From the NCBI RefSeq assembly GCF_035712445.1, contig NZ_DASTAT010000115.1, positions 25,583 to 89,582 on the forward strand: DNA of 64,000 nucleotides. Reading direction: 5' to 3'. The first letter of the stretch is position 1. Every line of letters begins with the position of its first letter. Source of the stretch: Oligoflexus sp. Lineage in GTDB: Bacteria; Bdellovibrionota_B; Oligoflexia; Oligoflexales; Oligoflexaceae. This document shows positions 9,383-18,719 of the stretch, in pieces. Below the pieces are notes generated by a model. The model saw nothing but the letters and a program-made list of their open reading frames with translations. It was not told the DNA's origin and made no database searches. Position numbers and translations under genes: made by a program.

Positions 9383-10290
9383 TCATACTTCCTTGCGTAG
9401 CGTTTGACAATGAATTGCGACAAAAGATTCATGGCCAGTGTCATCAAAAAGAGGACAAGACCGACAGCAAAGATGGACTGATATTCAAGGGAACCATGGG
9501 CCACATCGCCAAGACTCACCTGCGCGATATAGGCCGTCATGGCCTGCACGCCTTCAAAGGGGTTCAAGGTCATATTAGGTGTACCGCCGGCAGCCAGCGT
9601 TACGGCCATGGTTTCGCCAATGGCGCGGGAGAAGGCCAGAATAAAGGAGGCAAGGATACCGCTCAAGGCTGAGGGAACAACGATGCTGATGATCACTTCG
9701 GATTTACGTGCGCCCAGAGCGTAGGCTCCGTCTTTAACCGTCTTTGGGACAGCGCGAAGGGAGTCATCACAAATCGAGGCAATGGTCGGAAGGACCATGA
9801 TGGCAATCACGATCGAGGCGCTGGCCGCGTTGAAGACTTCGACGTCGTCGAAAAGGGCCTGCAGCAGCGGAGTGATCTGAGTGATCGCGAAATAACCGTA
9901 GACCACAGAGGGGATGCCGGCGAGGATTTCCAGCACCGGCTTCAGAATCTTCTGCCACCAACCCTGAGCATACTGCGAGGTGTAGATCGCAATGCCAAGG
10001 CCGATGGGCAGCGCAAAAATCAAGGCCCCGAAAGCGATCAGCATGGTGCCGCTGATCAGGGGCAAAACCCCGAAACTCCGCGGCTCGAAGAGTGGGGCCC
10101 ACTCGGTCGAGCCGAAGAATTCAAACAGGGAAATGTGACTGAAGAACTGGACCGACTCTTCCATCAGAATGAAAATGATGCCAAGAGTCGTCAGAATCGA
10201 TATCGATGCGCAGACGAGCAGCGCTTTGACGACGAGTTTTTCACGAAATTTCTGAAAGTTACTAACCTTGGCCCATGGGCGACTCGTCAC
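9379..10290 (-). CDS. pstC: Phosphate ABC transporter permease
   Basis: LEILAGIPSVVYGYF, GAYALGARKSE, SRAIGETMAV; overlaps pstA by 4 nt. Confidence 0.95.
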   Translation of the reverse strand: MTSRPWAKVSNFQKFREKLVVKALLVCASISILTTLGIIFILMEESVQFFSHISLFEFFGSTEWAPLFEPRSFGVLPLISGTMLIAFGALIFALPIGLGIAIYTSQYAQGWWQKILKPVLEILAGIPSVVYGYFAITQITPLLQALFDDVEVFNAASASIVIAIMVLPTIASICDDSLRAVPKTVKDGAYALGARKSEVIISIVVPSALSGILASFILAFSRAIGETMAVTLAAGGTPNMTLNPFEGVQAMTAYIAQVSLGDVAHGSLEYQSIFAVGLVLFLMTLAMNLLSQFIVKRYARKYE

Positions 10291-10311
10291 GCTGCTCTCC
10301 TCGCGATGGAA

Positions 10312-11259
10312 TTAGTGGGTCTGCTTTGCGGGACCGCCAGTCGCGGCTTCGAACTTCTTCAAAGTGTCGGTATAGACAGCTTCTTTCAAAGGCACATAAC
10401 CCACTTCCTTGGAAAGGGTCGCCGCGTTTTTCAGAAGGAAGCTGACGAAGGCCTTCACTTCAGGGCGCTGCTGAGCGGCCTTGTTATTCACATAGACCAC
10501 AAGAGGACGGGACAGGGGATAGCTGCCGTCTTCGATGGTCTTGGGGCTGGGCACGACAGCGGTTTTGTCTTTGGCCAGAGCCAGGACATTCATCGCCTTC
10601 TGGTTTTCTTCGTAGTAAGCAAAGCCGAAATAGGCCATGGCATACTTGTCTTTGGTTACGCCGGTGACGAGAACGTTGTCGTCTTCGCTCGCCACATAAT
10701 CATTGCGCGAGAGACGTGCGGTACCCATGACGTGCTCAGTGAAGAAATCGAAGGTCCCCGAATCGGCGCCAGGGCCGTAGAGCTTGATCTTCTCGGCTGG
10801 CCAGGCGGGATTGATATCCTTCCAGGTTTGCACCTTGCTGCCGGGCTGCCAGATTTCTTTCAATTGAGCCAGAGTCAGCTGGGTGGCCCATTTGTTGGCT
10901 GGGTTCACAACCACGGAAATACCGTCCGATGCGAGCGGCAGTTCCATGTACTCGACCTTGTTGTCCTGAGCTTTCTTGGCTTCTTCAGGCTTCATTTTGC
11001 GGGAGGCATTGGCGATATCAATTTCGCCCGTGCTGAATTTTTTAAAGCCGCCGCCTGTTCCGGAAAGACCCACAGTCACGCGAACGTTGGGATAGAGTTT
11101 TTGGAATTCTTCTGCAGCAGCCTCCGCAATGGGAAACACCGTGCTCGAACCGTCCAGCTTGACTTCGCCTTTCAGGTTCTTGTCGCCTTTATCCGCGGCA
11201 AATCCGTGACAACCCATGGCGAAAACAGCCAAACTTAACATGAGGTTGCGTGCTTTCAT
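10312..11259 (-). CDS. pstS: Phosphate ABC transporter substrate-binding protein
   Basis: Signal peptide; [37 protein letters not shown]. Confidence 0.95.
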   Translation of the reverse strand: MKARNLMLSLAVFAMGCHGFAADKGDKNLKGEVKLDGSSTVFPIAEAAAEEFQKLYPNVRVTVGLSGTGGGFKKFSTGEIDIANASRKMKPEEAKKAQDNKVEYMELPLASDGISVVVNPANKWATQLTLAQLKEIWQPGSKVQTWKDINPAWPAEKIKLYGPGADSGTFDFFTEHVMGTARLSRNDYVASEDDNVLVTGVTKDKYAMAYFGFAYYEENQKAMNVLALAKDKTAVVPSPKTIEDGSYPLSRPLVVYVNNKAAQQRPEVKAFVSFLLKNAATLSKEVGYVPLKEAVYTDTLKKFEAATGGPAKQTH

Positions 11260-11313
11260 GCTTTACTCCCAGATTGGTGAAAATCTTTAACGTGCAGCGA
11301 CTACATACAAGAG

Positions 11314-11333
11314 ATTTGTAAAATTAAGATAAA
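11314..11333 (-). promoter_or_regulatory. Putative Pho box upstream of pstS
   Basis: Minus strand reads TTTATCTTAAT-TTTACAAAT: TTTA half-sites 11 bp apart; the same motif recurs upstream of phoB. Confidence 0.55.
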
Positions 11334-11562
11334 GGCACAGAAAAACTGTCTTGATTGTCATCTCAGGCAATCCGGTCAGTTTAATTCCCCCCTTATCTGT
11401 AGCTGTGGCAGCATGACAGATGATGTTTAGCGGTTGGCGGTTTTATACCTACAAAGAGTGAAATCATAAAGAGAAAAATGGTGAAAGCACTGACAGCCAG
11501 ACGCTGGGGGAGGAAAGCCTACAGCTGTGAGCAGGCTTCCGTGGAATTCACGTGGAAACCCG

Positions 11563-12987
11563 CTAAATTGCTGGCAAACGGACAGTGAACGTGGAGCCGC
11601 GTCCAATGTCACTATCGACAGTTATCATGCCTTGGATCTGAATCACGAGATGTTTGACGATAGCGAGGCCCAAGCCTGTTCCGCCTTCATTCCGTGATCG
11701 CGCCGTATCGACACGATAAAACCGTTCAAAGATCCGAGGCTGGTCCTGTCGGGCTATGCCGACCCCGTTATCCCTTACAGATAGATCTATGAAGCCTTTC
11801 TCGCGACGGAGAACGATCTGAATATGCCCTTTCGAAGGCGTGTAGTTGATGGCGTTTTGCAGAAGGTTCTCAAGGATATGCGACATCGGCTTGCGACTGC
11901 CTTTGACGATCAGGTCCTGGTCGTCAATCAGCGTTTCCAGAACGATTTCCTTGCTGTTGACCTTGATCTGCTGCCGGGCGATCGCTTCCTGGACGATAGG
12001 GCGCCAGTCGACGTTTTCGAGTTCCACCGCGCCTTCATTGGCCTCGATGGTCGCAAGGCTCAATAGATCGCTCACAAGGCTGATCATGCGTTCGGCATTG
12101 TTATTGATGATGCGAAGAAAGCGCATGTTGTTGGCTTTGTCCTCCAGCGCGCCTTCCAAAAGCGTATCGACATAACCCTTGATCGAGGTCAGAGGTGTTT
12201 TGAGTTCGTGGGAAATATTGGACGAAAATTCGCGGCGGATCTGCTCCATTTTTTCCCGCCGGCTGATGTTGGCCTGGACCGCGGCGGCCAGGCGATTGAT
12301 CGCTTCGCCCAGGGTGCCGAGTTCATTATTGGGCAGGCGCCGAATCCGGGCCGCATAGTTGCCAAGACTGATGGCGCCCGCGACCTTGGTCATTTCGGAA
12401 ACGGGATCCGTGATCCGACGCACGATCACAAGAGCCACGAGGAGTGAGAGCACCATGCCCATGGAGGCGCCGATGCCGATGGCTGAAAAGATATCAGCGA
12501 CGCGATCTTCGAGGTTCCTGATGGGAACTCCCAGGCGAATGAAAAGCGTGCCCTTGGGGGTATGAACTTTTTTCGCTGTGTAAAGAGTCTGCGAAGCTTT
12601 CGTTACGCTGTAGCGCTTCGCAAGGCCCACTTCGTTCCGCGCGGCTTCCTTCACTTCCGGACGATTCCGATGAATCTCGTTGGCCTTCACTTCGCTGACT
12701 TCCGATTCCAGCAGGATTTCGCCCGCTTCATCCAAAACAGTGAGCCGGGTCTTGGTTTCCTGGGCCATGTTCACCAGAAGTTTTATGCTCTCCGGTTCAC
12801 GCCAGGTGGTGCCATCGGCAAAATAGGATTCGAAGAGCACCAGTTTCTCCTGGAGCCCTTCGATCGCGTTCTCTTCGATGAAAGACTGGGTTTTAAGAAC
12901 GAGGAGATAGCTCACCACGAACGTGGTGAAGCCGATGATCAGACAGAAGGACAAAAAGTTCTTCCAAAAAAACTTGGAGCGGATCAT
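11563..12987 (-). CDS. phoR: Phosphate regulon sensor histidine kinase
   Basis: Two TM segments, HAMP, H-box SNISHELKTPL, NLLQNAINY, DNGVGI, GGTGLGLAIVKH; adjacent to phoB and pst genes. Confidence 0.9.
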   Translation of the reverse strand: MIRSKFFWKNFLSFCLIIGFTTFVVSYLLVLKTQSFIEENAIEGLQEKLVLFESYFADGTTWREPESIKLLVNMAQETKTRLTVLDEAGEILLESEVSEVKANEIHRNRPEVKEAARNEVGLAKRYSVTKASQTLYTAKKVHTPKGTLFIRLGVPIRNLEDRVADIFSAIGIGASMGMVLSLLVALVIVRRITDPVSEMTKVAGAISLGNYAARIRRLPNNELGTLGEAINRLAAAVQANISRREKMEQIRREFSSNISHELKTPLTSIKGYVDTLLEGALEDKANNMRFLRIINNNAERMISLVSDLLSLATIEANEGAVELENVDWRPIVQEAIARQQIKVNSKEIVLETLIDDQDLIVKGSRKPMSHILENLLQNAINYTPSKGHIQIVLRREKGFIDLSVRDNGVGIARQDQPRIFERFYRVDTARSRNEGGTGLGLAIVKHLVIQIQGMITVDSDIGRGSTFTVRLPAI

Positions 12988-13676
12988 TGCAATTCCCGGA
13001 ATTTATATCCAAGGCCACGCACGGTCTGAATCAGGTCACGGGATTCGCCGAGCTTTTTCCGGATCGCGCGTACGTGCACATCGATGTTGCGATCGATGAG
13101 AACGCCTTCGCCACCTGTCACGGCATCCAGCAGACGATCGCGCGACAGGACGATTCCCGGACGGGCGACGAGCGCTTCGAAAAGACGGAATTCCGCGAGG
13201 GTCATGGGCACATGATGACCTGCGACCTTGACCTGAAAGCGGGCCTTGTCCACCTCGACTTCGCCCTGACGCACGACTTCGCCGGGACTGCGCTCGGCGT
13301 CCGGAGATTTCTGGGTCCGAAGCCGGGTATAGATGCGGGCGATCAGTTCCTTCACGCCGAAGGGCTTGATCATGTAATCATCGGCACCGACGCCAAGGCC
13401 GAAGACGATATCCGTTTCCTCGCCTTTGGCCGTCAGCATGATGATGGGCACGCTGCGCTTTTCAGGGATTTCACGAATTTTTTTGCAAACCTCGATGCCG
13501 TTCAGATGAGGCAGCATGAGATCAAGAACGATAATGTCGGTTTTCTTGCTAAGAGCCTTTTCGAGTCCATCCTGACCATCGGAGCAGGTGGTGACATCAA
13601 AGCCTTCGCGGGACAGATTGTAATTCAGAAGTTCTCGAATATCCGGATCGTCCTCGATGACAAGAATGTTCTTCAT
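12984..13676 (-). CDS. phoB: OmpR/PhoB family response regulator
   Basis: Receiver (IEDD, LDLMLP, MLTAKG, KPF) plus winged helix (DRNIDVHVRAIRKKL, IQTVRGLGY). Confidence 0.9.
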   Translation of the reverse strand: MKNILVIEDDPDIRELLNYNLSREGFDVTTCSDGQDGLEKALSKKTDIIVLDLMLPHLNGIEVCKKIREIPEKRSVPIIMLTAKGEETDIVFGLGVGADDYMIKPFGVKELIARIYTRLRTQKSPDAERSPGEVVRQGEVEVDKARFQVKVAGHHVPMTLAEFRLFEALVARPGIVLSRDRLLDAVTGGEGVLIDRNIDVHVRAIRKKLGESRDLIQTVRGLGYKFRELQ

Positions 13677-13791
13677 GGATCTTCCTTATGGCTTCTTCTC
13701 TCAATGATCTGCGACCCCTGTATAAGGCAAATTCTGCAGAAAAGCAAAGAGTTGCTGCAATGAGTTTAATTTGCGGAAATCATTTATGAAA

Positions 13792-13811
13792 ATTTGTAAA
13801 GAAACGGTAAA
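13792..13811 (-). promoter_or_regulatory. Putative Pho box upstream of phoB
   Basis: Minus strand reads TTTACCGTTTC-TTTACAAAT: TTTAC direct repeat with 11-bp period. Confidence 0.55.
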
Positions 13812-14804
13812 TTAAGGAAGAAAGTCCGATAAAGAGAAGGACTCCGGAAATGCGAGGTCGAGTGGCAGGACATACACGGGGATTTTGAGCGTGTTCAAAA
13901 GCTCGGACTGACGCCAAAAATCCTTCTCTGTTGTCAGGATGGCTCCGGCTTTTTTGATGAGGCTTTCCAGCTTTTCCTGCGGGAATCGTTCATGATCACC
14001 CACAGTCAGCTGCTCGATAATCGGATAGCGCTGCTGGCGGCAGTGTTCCATAACGCGATCAGGATGGGCGATGCCGAGTGCAAGGATTACCGCGCTGTGC
14101 GATGTCCAGGGGCTTTCAGGACCAAGCATTTGCCGAGGTGTCCCGTTGCCAAAGGCGATCGGAATAACAGGTGCTGTCATGTTGTGAAGAATGAAAGGCG
14201 CTTTCTGCGCCCGGGCGCGGGTCAGAAATATCAGCTGGGCAAACTTCAAAGTCCGCGGGAATTCACGCAGGCGTCCGGCCGGCAGACAGCGGCCGTTGTG
14301 CAAGGGCTTTTCCGCATCGAGGAGCACGATATCGAGCTGACGCTTGAGCTTGAGATGCTGAAAGCCATCATCCAAAATCCAATGCGTGGGCGCAGGGTGT
14401 TTGGCCAAATAACGCTGGGCCGCAGCCCAACGCCGGGCTCCGATAATCACCGGGACCTGGCCGAGTCGTCTGGCCTGCATGGTGGCTTCATCGGCGTGAA
14501 AGGCTTTTCCGGATGCGGGCGGCATAAGAATGTCCGCACCCTGAAGCACAGCCGATTCTTCGGCATCAAGACCGCTGCGGTAACCACGGGTAAGAATCGC
14601 CGGTCGCGCTCCTGTCTTGAGAAGATGTGTGGCCACGGCCATGACCACCGGACTTTTCCCCGTGCCACCGGCCTCAAGATTCCCCACGGAAATCACAAAG
14701 CCGGGCAGCTGATGCGAGCGCAGCACGTTCTTTTGATAAAGAAAGCGCCGCAGCCGCATGACGCCACCATAAAGACAGCCGAGAGGAGCAAGGAGTACAC
14801 TCAC
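13812..14804 (-). CDS. lpxK: Tetraacyldisaccharide 4'-kinase
   Basis: VISVGNLEAGGTGKSP P-loop, ILTRGY, LDDGFQH, LPAGRLRE, TTEKD. Confidence 0.93.
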   Translation of the reverse strand: MSVLLAPLGCLYGGVMRLRRFLYQKNVLRSHQLPGFVISVGNLEAGGTGKSPVVMAVATHLLKTGARPAILTRGYRSGLDAEESAVLQGADILMPPASGKAFHADEATMQARRLGQVPVIIGARRWAAAQRYLAKHPAPTHWILDDGFQHLKLKRQLDIVLLDAEKPLHNGRCLPAGRLREFPRTLKFAQLIFLTRARAQKAPFILHNMTAPVIPIAFGNGTPRQMLGPESPWTSHSAVILALGIAHPDRVMEHCRQQRYPIIEQLTVGDHERFPQEKLESLIKKAGAILTTEKDFWRQSELLNTLKIPVYVLPLDLAFPESFSLSDFLP

Positions 14805-15970
14805 GCGAGCAGCTCCTGGTCCTCGGATTGGCTCCAGGCGGCAATGCTCATTTCACTGACGAAGCGCCGCTCCCGATCAAAACGTTTTTTATCGCGGCGG
14901 AACGGTAATTTCAGGGTTTTCTGACGGTTGACCTGTTCCGAGCGCCAGATGATGGTCCAGGTTCCATCGTCCTGAACGGGCAGGATTTCAAGGATCAACT
15001 CACCCGGTCCTGGACGCAGCGGCGCGTTTTCCGGTTCAGGCTGAGCACAGGGAAATTGTTCGTGGCTTTCCAGACGAATGCTGCTGTTCCCGATTTTCCT
15101 CCAGGCCTGGCCCAGACGATCGGCGAAGGCTCCCGAGGAACCGGAGTCCTTCACAATGATGTGCGAGAACGCATGAAAGCGCGCCAGGAGACGATCTATG
15201 CTGTCTTCATCATCACGGCCGATGAGCCAGGGGCTCAGGGCTGCATTCAGTTTATCGAGCCAGGGCTGATTCTTAACGAGTTCGCTTTCCCGGCACCAGA
15301 TTTTCACTTCGATATAAGGCGCGTGCGGCCTGTACCCTGATACCATCGTCGATCCTGCGATGGCGGCCTCGACGATTTCGCCCACGGCCGATTCGCTTTT
15401 GCCGATCAGATGCCAGCGGAACAGACGGAAAGCATCGCTGTCGCGACCGAGCTCCAGGAGCTGTCTTTCAATGCTGCTCTTCCAGATGGCTTTGATTTCC
15501 TCGGGCGGACCGGGAAGGATCCAGACCTGGAGGTCCTTTCTTTGCAGATAAAAAGCGTCGGCTGTGCCCGCGGGATTATCAAGGACACGCGACTGGCTGG
15601 GAAAATAGCACTGCTGCTTATTGGATTCGGGCGGTGTAATGCCGAGCATCTGAAAGCGCTGGATAATTTTTTCCCAGCTGCCGGATTGGAATTCCAGAGT
15701 ATCCCCCCACCAGCGGCTGACCACCTGCCGGGTGATATCATCGGTCGTCGGACCCAGTCCGCCGGTGATAAAAAGCAGCCGCGTGCGGGCGGCTGCCAAA
15801 TTCAAGGCGTCGGTCATTTCCCGTTCATCATCGGGGACTGCCAAATGCCAGACGGGGTTCATCTTCAGATTGACGAGCTGATCGGCGATCCAGGCGGCAT
15901 TGCTGTTCACGATCTGCCCGGTGCTGACTTCGGTGCCGATGGTGAGAATACTGGCGCGTAATGGTTCCAT
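14801..15970 (-). CDS. cinA: CinA-like competence/damage-inducible protein (MoCF domain plus degenerate C-terminal domain)
   Basis: ILTIGTEVSTGQIVNSNAAW, TGGLGPTTDDIT, NPAGTA, LPGPPEE; start reassigned to ATG 15970. Confidence 0.85.
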   Translation of the reverse strand: MEPLRASILTIGTEVSTGQIVNSNAAWIADQLVNLKMNPVWHLAVPDDEREMTDALNLAAARTRLLFITGGLGPTTDDITRQVVSRWWGDTLEFQSGSWEKIIQRFQMLGITPPESNKQQCYFPSQSRVLDNPAGTADAFYLQRKDLQVWILPGPPEEIKAIWKSSIERQLLELGRDSDAFRLFRWHLIGKSESAVGEIVEAAIAGSTMVSGYRPHAPYIEVKIWCRESELVKNQPWLDKLNAALSPWLIGRDDEDSIDRLLARFHAFSHIIVKDSGSSGAFADRLGQAWRKIGNSSIRLESHEQFPCAQPEPENAPLRPGPGELILEILPVQDDGTWTIIWRSEQVNRQKTLKLPFRRDKKRFDRERRFVSEMSIAAWSQSEDQELLA

Positions 15971-16045
15971 ATTATTCTCCGTCCCCAGGGGAATGACAAA
16001 AGCTCCGGCGTTGCGGCCCAGGGTCTGGCGGCAAAGCTGTAGGTG

Positions 16046-16074
16046 AGCATAAAAGAGCAGAGGTCCTGTGTCAA
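16046..16074 (-). promoter_or_regulatory. Sigma70-type promoter for the cinA-lpxK unit
   Basis: Minus strand TTGACA-N17-TATGCT. Confidence 0.6.
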
Positions 16075-16152
16075 AGCCTTGACAGACTCTGCCTTTTGAC
16101 GCCTTTGTGGCATACAATAGAACTGTCAAGGTTTACATGGCAGGAGTTCCCG

Positions 16153-17154
16153 GTGGCAACCAATAAGTACAGTGGCGCGCAAAAAGCAGCGATTCTTCTT
16201 CTCTCTTTCGGTGAAGAGATTTCCGCCGAAATCTTCAAGAGCATGACCGAGTTTGAGATCAAACGCATCGGTAGCGCCATGAGTCGCCTCGGGCGCCTGG
16301 AGCAGGAAATCATCGACGAAGTGATGATGGAATTCTACGGAATCCTGCAGCAGAACAAAAAGTTCTTCTATGGCGGCAACGACTTCACGATGAAGGTCAT
16401 CGGCAGCGCCTTCAAAGGCGGCGAGGCGGATGAACTCATTGAGCAGTTGGCGCTCGGTTCATCGGCGAACCTGGATGCCCTGGAGCTGATTGATCCGAGG
16501 ACCCTGACCAACTTCATTCGGAACGAGCATCCGCAGACGATCGCTCTGATCCTGGCCCACCTTGATCCGCAGAAGTGCGGCGAGGTCCTGAAGCTTTTGC
16601 CGGAAGCCTTGCACACGGAAATCATCCTGCGCATCTCGAACCTGGATGCCGTGGCTCCCGAGATCATCGACGAGATTGATGATGTTCTGCGCAACGAAAT
16701 TCAGGCCATGGGTTCGATTTCGAGCCAGAAGATCGGTGGCGTGGAGCCCATCGCCGAGATGCTCAACCTTATTGATAAGGCCACGGAAGAGCAGATCCTC
16801 GACAACCTGGAAGAACGTGATCCGGATCTTGCCGAGCAGATTCGTCAGCTCATGTTCGTCTTTGATGACCTTGCCAAGATTGATGATCGCGGCATCCAGG
16901 AAATCATCAAGAATGTGAAGCCCGAGCAGTGGATGACGGCCCTGAAAACAGCGTCCGAAGCCGTGTCCGAGCTGGTATTCCGCAATATGTCCGAGCGTGC
17001 CGCGAAGATGCTGAAAGAGGATATGGAGGCGATGGCCGCTGTGAAGCTTTCCGACGTGGAATCGGTGCAGTATGAAATCGTTCAGGTGGCGCGGAAGCTG
17101 GAAGAGGAAGGCAAGATTATCATTGCTCAGGGTGGTGAAGCGGCTTACGTTTAA
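16153..17154 (+). CDS. fliG: Flagellar motor switch protein FliG
   Basis: GAQKAAILLLS, EHPQTIALILAHL, MFVF motif, FRNMSERAAKMLKEDM; GTG start 6 nt after AGGAG. Confidence 0.95.
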   Translation: MATNKYSGAQKAAILLLSFGEEISAEIFKSMTEFEIKRIGSAMSRLGRLEQEIIDEVMMEFYGILQQNKKFFYGGNDFTMKVIGSAFKGGEADELIEQLALGSSANLDALELIDPRTLTNFIRNEHPQTIALILAHLDPQKCGEVLKLLPEALHTEIILRISNLDAVAPEIIDEIDDVLRNEIQAMGSISSQKIGGVEPIAEMLNLIDKATEEQILDNLEERDPDLAEQIRQLMFVFDDLAKIDDRGIQEIIKNVKPEQWMTALKTASEAVSELVFRNMSERAAKMLKEDMEAMAAVKLSDVESVQYEIVQVARKLEEEGKIIIAQGGEAAYV

Positions 17155-17277
17155 GCCGGGATTGATGCTCTTTAACCCTCTGGAATCCTTGGGACAAATT
17201 CGAAATATCTTAAGGAATTCCAAGCCTTGGCCGAAGCTGAATCGTAGCGCAAAAGCGCCCCAAGTACGAGGAAAGCC

Positions 17278-18615
17278 ATGGCCAATCAGAACCGTCAGCT
17301 GCTGAAGAAACGCGCGCAAAGGCGGGAACTTTATCTGGGTGAGAATGTTCGTGCGTTTTTGATCCTGGGCGGTTCGCGAACGGTGGGTGGCGAGGTGATC
17401 AGCCTTTCGGAATCAGGCCTCGCTTTTGTGTGCGAACCTCAGGTCGATGCCGAGCTGCCGATCGGCCGCGTCGTGCAGCTGAAACTCTATTATGATGCCC
17501 GCCGTTATTTTACGACCTCCGTGGAAATTCGGAATAAGAGCGTTTTCAGCTCACAGGGCTCGCAGTATCTGCGGGTCGGTGTGTCGGCTGCGGCCGGTGA
17601 ATCGGTGAGCGATGCCGAGGATCTTGTGAAGAAGGTGGAAGCATCCATCAACCTTGGCATGGATACCTGCGGTTTCCTTGAAATTGAAAATCCCATGTTC
17701 TTTGATGAGCATGATTACTTCAGCATCCGTGCGGTGCATCCTGAATTCATCCTCGTCGCCCCTTTGGAAAATCGACACTTTCTTTTGCCTGGTCAACCCG
17801 TGGAAGCGCGATTCAACATCCCCGGTTCCACCTCGTTCGTGGAGGACCTGATCGTCGATCGCTCCGTGCCCGATCGCGACTGGTGGGCGTCGGATGTTCT
17901 GATGCTGAACTTCGCGCAGAAGTCGGAAAAGACTCTGGCAAAGATCGCGAAGATGGCCATGATTCAAAAACCGCAGCTGCATGTGCAGGAGATCATGAAG
18001 GCCGGGTTTCCGATTCCCTATCTGGATTTTTTGCTGCGGGTCCAGTTTGCTGCGCGTGACAAGGATGATCCCCAGGTTGCGATGCTGAAGAGCAGCTTCT
18101 TCGCGCCGGGGCCCTACCTTGCGGAGCAGGATCTGAAGAGCGCGCGGGTGCTGTCGTTTTATCGGCAGAATACCTTGATTGCGACGATGAAGCTCAATTT
18201 CGTCCCCGATGTGCGGCAGAGCTCGGCCTTTTATGGGTCAGGCGTCTATAATCATCAGTTCTATCGCAAGTCGGTGGTCGAGATCCTTGATTTCAAACAT
18301 CATCCCGAATATCCGCTGCCGTCCATTCTGGTGCCGATCATTCAGCAATGCCTGCGAGCCTCGATTCAGGCGGATTTCAGTTTCCTTGTGTTCGAATGTA
18401 CACAGCAGACCGAGAATATTTTTCATCGCATGGGATTTACCACGCTTAAAACGCCCAGTCCTGGGCCTGCTGACCGTTGCTTTGTCAGCCTGGGCATCAA
18501 GCAGGGCCTGTCCGGCCTGACCAGCGGAGTGCATCATGACACCTGGGAGCGGGTTTATAAAAGACTGCACGCCTATCTGAATCGCAAGCACCCGCTCGCG
18601 AGGAACATCGCTTGA
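17278..18615 (+). CDS. PilZ-domain protein with C-terminal GNAT/FeeM-like domain
   Basis: RAQRR (RxxxR) plus SLSESG (D/NxSxxG-like) c-di-GMP motif; C-terminal half has an acyltransferase-like pattern ending in IFHRMGF. Confidence 0.6.
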   Translation: MANQNRQLLKKRAQRRELYLGENVRAFLILGGSRTVGGEVISLSESGLAFVCEPQVDAELPIGRVVQLKLYYDARRYFTTSVEIRNKSVFSSQGSQYLRVGVSAAAGESVSDAEDLVKKVEASINLGMDTCGFLEIENPMFFDEHDYFSIRAVHPEFILVAPLENRHFLLPGQPVEARFNIPGSTSFVEDLIVDRSVPDRDWWASDVLMLNFAQKSEKTLAKIAKMAMIQKPQLHVQEIMKAGFPIPYLDFLLRVQFAARDKDDPQVAMLKSSFFAPGPYLAEQDLKSARVLSFYRQNTLIATMKLNFVPDVRQSSAFYGSGVYNHQFYRKSVVEILDFKHHPEYPLPSILVPIIQQCLRASIQADFSFLVFECTQQTENIFHRMGFTTLKTPSPGPADRCFVSLGIKQGLSGLTSGVHHDTWERVYKRLHAYLNRKHPLARNIA

Positions 18616-18719
18616 GTCCACCCGTATAAAGTCTCTTTACGCCGCTCAAACTCCTGAGTAACTTCTCATTCACGGATGGTCATGGATCGGCCACCGTTTG
18701 GAAGAGGAGTTTCTTTTTT

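Noticed and set aside
16096-16118. TTGACG...TACAAT as the fliG sigma70 promoter
   Set aside because: The spacer is only 11 nt; the -10 may be real, but the two hexamers cannot form one promoter.
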